Below are positions 57,097 through 64,000 of a stretch of 64,000 nucleotides of DNA, piece by piece (the first letter of the stretch is position 1; each line of letters opens with the position of its first letter). A program made the translations under genes and the position numbers. A model generated the notes under the pieces. The model searched no databases. It was not told the origin of the DNA and saw only the letters and a list, made by a program, of their open reading frames with translations. The stretch lies in the IMG/VR virus record IMGVR_UViG_3300020469_000030; one strand, written 5' to 3'. Source of the stretch: an uncultured virus (IMG/VR IMGVR_UViG_3300020469_000030). Taxonomy: Duplodnaviria; Heunggongvirae; Uroviricota; Caudoviricetes.

Positions 57097-57537
57097 CTAA
57101 ACAACTATATCATTAATTTTTTTAGCTATATTTTCATCAAATCTAACTCTTGCAAACCTACGTGGCCCAATACAGTCATTATAAAAATCATCTCTTGCAG
57201 AAACATGAAATCTATGGTGAATATTTTCCTCAAGGTAATTTACCTGACCTTTTGTTTCACCCATAATTAATATTGAAAATTCAAAATTATCAATACCAAA
57301 CGAGTTTATATCACTCTGCAACGCTTTAGATGAGCCTGTATAAGTAGACCAATCTGACTCTTTACGAATTACCTTTCTACGCTTTTTACCTTTTACTTTC
57401 ACACGACGTGTTGTGCCAAAATATTTTCTACCAATATACTTTTTACCTGTTTTTTTATTTTTAATTAAATAAACAAAACCAAAGAATTCGGAAGGGGCTT
57501 CTTCTAATATTTTACCTTTATATAACCAGTGACTCAT
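57097..57537 (-). CDS. GIY-YIG family nuclease
   Basis: FGFVYLI.N...KKYIGRK, W..Y.GSS, F...IL, E, YN motifs. Start moved to MSHWLYKG (TAG-T-ATG junction). Confidence 0.8.
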   Translation of the reverse strand: MSHWLYKGKILEEAPSEFFGFVYLIKNKKTGKKYIGRKYFGTTRRVKVKGKKRRKVIRKESDWSTYTGSSKALQSDINSFGIDNFEFSILIMGETKGQVNYLEENIHHRFHVSARDDFYNDCIGPRRFARVRFDENIAKKINDIVV

Positions 57538-57538
57538 A

Positions 57539-59179
57539 CTAAACATCAAATTGCACATCTACAGATATATCAAAATCCTTTGGACTCTTTATCGGCTGTG
57601 CCAGCTTTCCTATTGCTAATAACTCATTTTTAGTATTATATAATCCTATTGTTGTAATGTAAGGTGTAAAATCAGAGCTTGTTACAAATCCCCTAGGGTA
57701 TGGATTAGTTACAGAGTATGTCTTTCTTGCCGTTGCATTGAGTGTCATATTATATTCACCATCTTCAATCGTACATCTATACTTATGTGTCTCAACATCA
57801 TGACTACCTTTAAATGTTAAAGTATAATCATCACCTTCTAAACCATTACGAGTATCTGTTATAACAGCAAATCCATTATTATAAAATACATTTCCAACAA
57901 CATGGGAAGTACTATATTTAAATAAAGTATTTATTTGATTAGTTGATAGAGCTTGATTATATATAACAAATTCATCAACAGAGCCTGAAAACGGTCTAAT
58001 AATACGTTCATTTTTATATGGCGGTACTTCTCCTCCTATTGAATTTTGTAATGTACGCTCCATATACCCTGTTTTATTACCACCTAAACTTACATTACTA
58101 CTATTAACATTAATACCATCAACAGGGTCAATAGCTGTCACTACAGAGCCAGTTGTATTGAGACCTGCAATTGTACCGGATGAATTAGATCCTGAACCGA
58201 CATACAGTTGAATATTATTTCCTGATTTTTGAAACACGATATGTACATTGTTATGAGAATTGTAAGTTCCTGAAGATAATACTGTAGTAATACCTTTCCC
58301 TTTACCACGAATCGCTATTATTTTACCAGCACCACTATCATGATTACTATTAGTAATACCTATTTCCCATGGAACAGAATATGTATTCAATCGAGTAGAA
58401 GCAATAACATTATATGTTGTATCCTGTAACTGTCGCTTACCTGATTCATCAAAAGTTCCTGTAAAGGTTTTTTCTACTTTTTGAGATGCTGGTATCTTTA
58501 CCCAGGTATGTATAGAGAAATCAGAATTCCATCTATCTGTTGTACTATCTATAACTTCTAGATATGAATTAGATTCAGTCGCAAACGAACTAGTTCCAGT
58601 AAATGATAGAGATCTACCATTTGATCTACGGCTAGTATCAATATATGTATTTCTTGAGAATATTCTTGTAAGACGTGAGTTAGCTTGCTCTATTTGCTCA
58701 CCATCATCATTTATTATTGTTCCTAAAGCATTATTAACATTAGAATCAAAATTAATATGTAATAAAGAATCTTTAGGTGCAGGGGGCCAGTTACTAGCAT
58801 TACTATAATTAGCTGTACAATATAAGTTACCGTATTCATCATCCTTATATGTTTTGCTAGCACCTTGAATTGTGAGAGAACCAGGCTTTACTTTATCTCC
58901 AAATATATTAGCAGGTATTGACCAAATCTCTACATCACCTTTAAGACATCTATATTGTTCAGCTAAGAATTGGTTGTCACCTGATATATGTGAATTTTTT
59001 GGATCTGCATAATAAACATGCTTAATTGAATCAAAAGCAGAAGTACCATAAGAACCAGAGTACACTACAACACTGTAGTCAGGAGCTGTTTCATCTGTTA
59101 TAGTCCACGACTTGTGTGCGGTGTACTTTTTTACAGTTGATTGCTTCGAATCAATATTCTTAAAAGTAAACCTAGACAT
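57539..59179 (-). CDS. Structural protein with LamG/concanavalin-like domain and conserved baseplate-like C-terminus
   Basis: DFSIHTWVK, HIVFQKSG..IQLYV, FSGSVDEFVIYNQALS (LamG-like); C-terminal PYITTIGLYN..NELLAIGKL..P. Confidence 0.7.
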   Translation of the reverse strand: MSRFTFKNIDSKQSTVKKYTAHKSWTITDETAPDYSVVVYSGSYGTSAFDSIKHVYYADPKNSHISGDNQFLAEQYRCLKGDVEIWSIPANIFGDKVKPGSLTIQGASKTYKDDEYGNLYCTANYSNASNWPPAPKDSLLHINFDSNVNNALGTIINDDGEQIEQANSRLTRIFSRNTYIDTSRRSNGRSLSFTGTSSFATESNSYLEVIDSTTDRWNSDFSIHTWVKIPASQKVEKTFTGTFDESGKRQLQDTTYNVIASTRLNTYSVPWEIGITNSNHDSGAGKIIAIRGKGKGITTVLSSGTYNSHNNVHIVFQKSGNNIQLYVGSGSNSSGTIAGLNTTGSVVTAIDPVDGINVNSSNVSLGGNKTGYMERTLQNSIGGEVPPYKNERIIRPFSGSVDEFVIYNQALSTNQINTLFKYSTSHVVGNVFYNNGFAVITDTRNGLEGDDYTLTFKGSHDVETHKYRCTIEDGEYNMTLNATARKTYSVTNPYPRGFVTSSDFTPYITTIGLYNTKNELLAIGKLAQPIKSPKDFDISVDVQFDV

Positions 59180-59187
59180 TTACACTC

Positions 59188-60369
59188 CTAATAATCTAAT
59201 TTAACACGTATAGTAGCTTCTCTTTCATAATTCTTTAATAATGGTTTACTTAATTTAGCAACAGCACATAATTCATTTTGCTGATTGTATAGTCCTACAG
59301 TTGTTATATAAACGTTAGGATCTCCTACCATAGATGTGTGTCTTAATAGACCAGATGAACCTGTAACTCTAAAAGTTGGATTTGTTGAAAAATTATTACG
59401 TCCATTCTTTGCTCTAACAAAGAAGTGTGTAGAGGATATATCTTCTTCGGCGCGAGCAGTAAAATTAGCACCATCTTTAATTGCTGTAAAAGAAGCACTT
59501 AAATGGTTATCATTAGTATTTTCAGAGCGATTAGGTTTAAAACCACTACCGTGTACACCATATCCTCCAAGTATTTTATCACCGTGGAGTGCTAATATAC
59601 CAAGTTCAGGATAAACCTTACCTAAGTATACTCTAGCAGATGCAGAAACAAATGGTGTAGTTCCAGAACCACTTACAATATCGTAATAAATATGTCCATT
59701 CTCTGTACCAGCAGGTGTGTCGTTACTATTATCAATTAAGTGAAATTTTAATCCGCCTGACTTACCAAGATCTAACTGCCAATTACCAGCATTAAATTTT
59801 TGTTTGAATCGCGATCTATTTAATGTAATAAATAACATTCGTTCTGATGATGAACCATCTCCAAAAGTAAATTTAGATGATGGTGATGGGTCATCTAATA
59901 ATAAGTTTCTAAATTGACTATAAACAGCACGTGATGGAGACATACCTGCAGTAGCCCCGGTTTCTCTCACAGAACTTGAACCTTCCATATCACCAAAAGC
60001 TATATTGAATTGAACTTCTGTTGTATCATCAGATAGTGCTTTGTGATATACATCCCAGTAATATTTAGCTTTTGCAGCAGTACCTGCACCGTGTGAACCA
60101 GAATAAAAGTCATTAATCTGACCATCATTACCAGTAAACAGCCCAGTTGTTACGCCACGAGCAACATTTCCAGCTACAACATCTTCTGTAAGATCAAAGT
60201 TTTCAAAAACTTGAGTTACTTGACTTGGAGGAGGTCCAGTTTGTGTAACCTGTTGTTGATATGCCATCGGCTCATCCATGGTTGTTTGTCTTGCTGCATC
60301 ATTTTGCCTTTGTGCACCGCCGCCGCCACCGCTGGTTTGTCGTACTGCATTATTATTTCTAATAGCCAT
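59188..60369 (-). CDS. Putative baseplate/tail structural protein
   Basis: QFNIAFG, AVYSQFRNLLL, FFVRAKN...NFSTNPTF, VYITTVGLYN..NEL.AVAKLSKP; C-terminus paralogous to 57539..59179. Confidence 0.65.
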   Translation of the reverse strand: MAIRNNNAVRQTSGGGGGAQRQNDAARQTTMDEPMAYQQQVTQTGPPPSQVTQVFENFDLTEDVVAGNVARGVTTGLFTGNDGQINDFYSGSHGAGTAAKAKYYWDVYHKALSDDTTEVQFNIAFGDMEGSSSVRETGATAGMSPSRAVYSQFRNLLLDDPSPSSKFTFGDGSSSERMLFITLNRSRFKQKFNAGNWQLDLGKSGGLKFHLIDNSNDTPAGTENGHIYYDIVSGSGTTPFVSASARVYLGKVYPELGILALHGDKILGGYGVHGSGFKPNRSENTNDNHLSASFTAIKDGANFTARAEEDISSTHFFVRAKNGRNNFSTNPTFRVTGSSGLLRHTSMVGDPNVYITTVGLYNQQNELCAVAKLSKPLLKNYEREATIRVKLDY

Positions 60370-60378
60370 TTATATCTC

Positions 60379-61029
60379 CTATTGTATTATTTGTCCTGAG
60401 CTTAATACTGTATCAGCGTTAACCGTAATCGGTATAGATATAGTACCACCTGTTTCATTACCTGTAATAGTTAATGTTGTCGTTGTCGTGGTAGTAATAG
60501 CTCGTGATGTTACAAATATTGATAATGCTGCAATTGTATGAGATGATGCATTACCATCAGGTGTATGAGTTGTGTTAGTAATATTACTATTAGCAGGTAA
60601 TGCATTAGCACCAATAGAAACTATATCTGCATTCCCTACTGTAAATGTGTAACCTAATTGTTGATTACCATTTGATATATTAGAGGTTTGAGGAGATATT
60701 ATAGTTGATGCACCAGGTAGTGATAATACTACACTACTTTCTGCTACTGTAACAACAGGTAACACTTGCGTATTTTTTGGTAGTGTTATTAATTTGTATT
60801 TCAAAGTTTGAGGGTCATTTGTAAAACCTTCTAGCATAGGTAAATTTTCTATAGCTTCTCCATAATAATTTGAACCATTATCATGACCGGGGTCCCATAA
60901 ATTATAATCAATTTCATCATCACCCAATGCAAATTTAGTTATTTGTAAATTACCAGTAGCTAATAACTCTCTACCTCTTTTTGTAAGTACGGCATCAACC
61001 GTTACTGAACTGTTATCTAAATATCCCAT
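60379..61029 (-). CDS. Putative baseplate/tail structural protein
   Basis: MGYLDNSSVTVDAVLTKRGRELLA...ITKFALGDDEIDY; the LT..GR..LA/IT.FALGD pattern resembles tail-collar N-termini; GGAG SD. Confidence 0.65.
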   Translation of the reverse strand: MGYLDNSSVTVDAVLTKRGRELLATGNLQITKFALGDDEIDYNLWDPGHDNGSNYYGEAIENLPMLEGFTNDPQTLKYKLITLPKNTQVLPVVTVAESSVVLSLPGASTIISPQTSNISNGNQQLGYTFTVGNADIVSIGANALPANSNITNTTHTPDGNASSHTIAALSIFVTSRAITTTTTTTLTITGNETGGTISIPITVNADTVLSSGQIIQ

Positions 61030-61056
61030 GTATTACTCCATTTTTATTGTATATAT

Positions 61057-61066
61057 TATAAATATA
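61057..61066 (-). promoter_or_regulatory. Promoter-like motif TATATTTATA
   Basis: Recurring motif upstream of 61029. Confidence 0.6.
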
Positions 61067-61078
61067 CATATTTTCAAT

Positions 61079-64000
61079 TTAACGTATTATTATATCCGTA
61101 TTTGGTGCAATAACATTACTACCCTGTATAGGTGTTGTTTCTGTTGTTACCAAAATATTAGGATTAGTTAATATATATTCAACAGCTGGTCCACCATCTA
61201 TTGTCCCTGGTGATGGTTCATTAAAGTCAGGTGATGTTATTTGACATCCGTCGTAAATTAAATTACTAAACGCTGTTGAATCATCATATAAAGGTTGAAC
61301 ACCATCAAATCTAGCCATTTCTAACACACCAGCTTCTGTATAACCTCCATAGGTATATTCCATACCATGCACAAATCTATTATATGATGGATTACCAGGT
61401 CTAGCACCTACATTTAATGTACTACTTAAAGAAGATATCATTGTATTAGTTAATGAAGGAGTTACGCTTATACTACTTGTATAATGCATATTCTCAAAAC
61501 TCAATGATGCTTTACTACCTACCTTTACACGTTCCAGAATACTTGGTCTAATAATTAAACCAACAGTTGCATCAGCACGTGCAGGTAACATATCTTCAAT
61601 TTGTTTGAATACACCTGTATTAAAGAACGATAGCAGTCTAATGAATGCCCAAATATTGTACTTATCATCGAACTTTTTAAAATATAAATTACGTATATTA
61701 GTTAAAGATTTATATGAATTAGAATATTGATCTCTAGGATCACCTATATAATCATCTAAACGTAAGCCACCAAATTGCATTGCAATATCAATATCAATTT
61801 GATCTTGAGGAGATAAAGCTATAGATACTTCATCATTATCTATTGCATTTGCATTGTAAGACGAGGTCTCATAACTAATATCATGACTTAAAGTATTTCC
61901 TGTTAGTGAGTTATCTTCTATCCTAATTTTTTTATCGTGAGGTCTAGATCCAACAGGATTAGGAACATTTACGTAATAAACTTCAGATTTACCTTGATAG
62001 TTATTAATATCAGGCCATGATACATAAGATGGTGTTAATGTTTGAGCTCCTATGAATGGTGTGTTATTATTTATATTAGGTGCTCTATTCGGCGTTGTTG
62101 TTGTTGATGAGTGATTAAAAGAAATACCATCTGTACCTAATGGTATTCTCATTAGTAAATCATTGTAAGCCATCTCTGTTGAATCACCGAGAATAGATGT
62201 CGGTGCTAATGTATGTTGATAAAATGCATTATCACCTATATGTTCTGCCCACATTCTAATTTCTTGCATAGAACCACTAAAAGCAAAAATACCGCTGCCA
62301 TTTGAATACACACCGCCCCATTTTACTGTTCCAGCTGTCCTCCATGCACTGTTTACATTAGCATTGGAAGCACCAGATTTAGAACCACTAAACGTAAGAA
62401 CGTCAGAGTGATCAGCAATTTTAGCGTAGCGTAATTTAAAATTATTTGTTGAACCTACAGCATGAGAATCTGGATGTTCTGTTGCACCAAAAGATACATT
62501 CCACCAATCATTATCATAAAATGGTAAATATTCTGATGTTAGTTCAACTTCATTACTACTATCATATGTAACTTTAAATACTAATCTACCATAGTTATAG
62601 TATAATGAATCAGCAGCTGCAGAACTAGAATGTTCTAATGTTAACTGCCAGTTAGGGTTACCATCTGAATTATTAGTCATAGACGATGCAAGATGCATTT
62701 TCTTTTTATGGCTAATATCGAAACGCATCTCATACATTGACGGATATCGATTAGCGGAACCTGTTGATGTTAAACTTAATGTTGATTTATCATAATCAAT
62801 CGATCTATGTTCTGTTTTAATATATGCTGAACCAGAAAAGTCTAATGCATAGTTAAATTTTTCTATCTCTCGACGTATATCTAATTGTTCTTCTAGTACA
62901 GGTCCACCAAATTCTTGTACTTGAAGAATAGTAGAAGGTATACCATAGGTACTTAATAGTGCTTTAATACCTCGTGTTGTTCCTTTAGTTTTAAGGAAGT
63001 AAGGAATATTATTTAATATACGCTTCCACACCTGTTTTTCAATGTCACCATGCGAATAAGATTGCTCAACAACAAAGCTGTTACCTGAATTATATTGACC
63101 TTGTTCATTAGTACCGAGAGCATATTCCCACAATTTACTGCTATCAAATCCAGGTTGTAGATTCCACCCAAAGCTGCTAGCAACCTCATATACTAAATCT
63201 TTACTTAATCCCTCAAATACAGATTCTCCTACACCCGTTTTTGTAGTCATATTATCAATATAGCTATATAGCAAATCAAAGTGCTGTCCTATCATATCTA
63301 CAAACATTACATAACTATTACTATTTTCGTCCTCTAATATATGTAGAGGGATTGAATTACGTAACATGTTAATGTTAGTTTCGTCATAAAGGGATGCAGA
63401 TGCTAGTTGACTGCTATACCAAGATACAGCTGAAGAGCCAGTAGAATGTTCTAATGTATATGGCTTTTTATTATTAGTCTTAGGCCATGTTGCGGAAGGA
63501 AAATACCCATATGTTGTATCTTCTGTAGAGTGAGAGTTGAAGTATAAGTATTGTTCATAGTTATCGAACCCAGATATAATATTTTCTTTCTTTGTATCAT
63601 AGGTCGCTTTATTAGCAGAAAATTCTGCAGATGCTGTTGCAGTGGAAAATTGTTTACCAATCCATTGAGATGATACAAAATTAGATTGCGATGTATAATA
63701 TTCTATTAACTCTACCTTATATTTAAAGTTTTTTAATCTTTCAGCAGCAGAAGAAAAGTGAACAAAATTTTCATATTTTCTATAATCTATATTTAATTCA
63801 GCATCTCTAGAACCTGATAGTATATTATTAACTACATTTTGAGAGGTTTGTAAATCACTCCCTAGTAGACTATTCCATGTTTCTTGAACAGTACTTTTTG
63901 CAGGCTTATTTTTTACATCTACAGCTTTAAAATTAGGACCACGAAGTTCATTAAACTGTGTTGTAATTATAGATTCTAAATCAACAGTAACAGGAATAAC
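61079..64000 (-). CDS. Large baseplate-wedge-like structural protein (5' end beyond the window)
   Basis: The frame of the 762-aa track ORF appears open to 64000 (...LRGPNF...IDYRKYENFVHFSSAAERLKNFKYK...TWPK...ASLYDETNINMLRN). WKRILNNIPYFLKTKGTTRGIKALL resembles baseplate wedge proteins; LamG-like middle (FSGSMQEIRMW). Confidence 0.65.
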   Translation of the reverse strand, partial: VIPVTVDLESIITTQFNELRGPNFKAVDVKNKPAKSTVQETWNSLLGSDLQTSQNVVNNILSGSRDAELNIDYRKYENFVHFSSAAERLKNFKYKVELIEYYTSQSNFVSSQWIGKQFSTATASAEFSANKATYDTKKENIISGFDNYEQYLYFNSHSTEDTTYGYFPSATWPKTNNKKPYTLEHSTGSSAVSWYSSQLASASLYDETNINMLRNSIPLHILEDENSNSYVMFVDMIGQHFDLLYSYIDNMTTKTGVGESVFEGLSKDLVYEVASSFGWNLQPGFDSSKLWEYALGTNEQGQYNSGNSFVVEQSYSHGDIEKQVWKRILNNIPYFLKTKGTTRGIKALLSTYGIPSTILQVQEFGGPVLEEQLDIRREIEKFNYALDFSGSAYIKTEHRSIDYDKSTLSLTSTGSANRYPSMYEMRFDISHKKKMHLASSMTNNSDGNPNWQLTLEHSSSAAADSLYYNYGRLVFKVTYDSSNEVELTSEYLPFYDNDWWNVSFGATEHPDSHAVGSTNNFKLRYAKIADHSDVLTFSGSKSGASNANVNSAWRTAGTVKWGGVYSNGSGIFAFSGSMQEIRMWAEHIGDNAFYQHTLAPTSILGDSTEMAYNDLLMRIPLGTDGISFNHSSTTTTPNRAPNINNNTPFIGAQTLTPSYVSWPDINNYQGKSEVYYVNVPNPVGSRPHDKKIRIEDNSLTGNTLSHDISYETSSYNANAIDNDEVSIALSPQDQIDIDIAMQFGGLRLDDYIGDPRDQYSNSYKSLTNIRNLYFKKFDDKYNIWAFIRLLSFFNTGVFKQIEDMLPARADATVGLIIRPSILERVKVGSKASLSFENMHYTSSISVTPSLTNTMISSLSSTLNVGARPGNPSYNRFVHGMEYTYGGYTEAGVLEMARFDGVQPLYDDSTAFSNLIYDGCQITSPDFNEPSPGTIDGGPAVEYILTNPNILVTTETTPIQGSNVIAPNTDIIIR

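Noticed and set aside
57097..57537. GIY-YIG gene as a mobile homing endonuclease or intron
   Set aside because: Short catalytic domain only, no obvious DNA-binding extension, flanking genes are uninterrupted and no room for intron structure.
460..60381. Stop-codon reassignment (TAG readthrough), since many genes end in TAG
   Set aside because: Very long ORFs are intact in code 11; at the TAG junctions checked the next gene is out of frame or followed by another stop, and TAG often simply forms part of a TAGGAG SD.
428..60541. All short plus-strand ORFs in the track (for example 428..718, 8314..8568, 15871..16116, 34071..34439, 53863..54237)
   Set aside because: They lie antisense within long, motif-bearing minus-strand genes and read as shadow translations of biased codons; no recognisable motifs.
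16494..61068. Hairpin (N4-type) promoters, because several ATATTTAT motifs sit in short inverted repeats (16494-16507, 52988-53002, near 61049-61068)
   Set aside because: Stems are short, almost all A/T, with inconsistent loop sizes, and are absent at other copies; expected by chance in TA-rich DNA.
1..64000. tRNA, rRNA, CRISPR array, IS element
   Set aside because: Intergenic gaps are short and accounted for by promoters, terminators and one leader; no cloverleaf, repeat-spacer pattern or transposase was seen by eye.

Overview
AT-rich 64-kb segment of a large tailed dsDNA phage (T4-like/myovirus-type head genes), densely coded in the standard genetic code with every credible gene on the minus strand. 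In transcription order (right to left): baseplate-like and LamG-like structural genes; a small DNA-metabolism island (GIY-YIG nuclease, DNA primase, fused Mre11-Rad50/SbcDC); a tail-fibre/adhesin block (3771-aa modular fibre, stand-alone peptidase S74 chaperone, 1627-aa repeat fibre, two MAM-domain proteins, a degenerate methyltransferase); a nucleotidyltransferase/ligase-like polyprotein, 3-TM holin, terminase, portal, prohead protease, putative internal head proteins, ribosomal protein bS21, scaffold, major capsid protein, PhoH; then two collagen-like fibres, a 1787-aa repeat protein and the start of a subtilisin (S8) gene that runs off the left edge. The layout matches the known bS21-encoding phages reported for Bacteroidota, but the host is only inferred. 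Most notable: phage bS21 together with a split between SD-led and SD-less genes; a pervasive [S/T]-[G/A/S]-S motif in virion proteins; an apparently split subtilase; a duplicated fibre-tip + MAM cassette; a recurring ATATTTAT promoter-like motif; and a structured leader on the scaffold-capsid operon. All family calls are from motif recognition by eye; no searches were run. No rRNA, tRNA, CRISPR array or IS element was seen.
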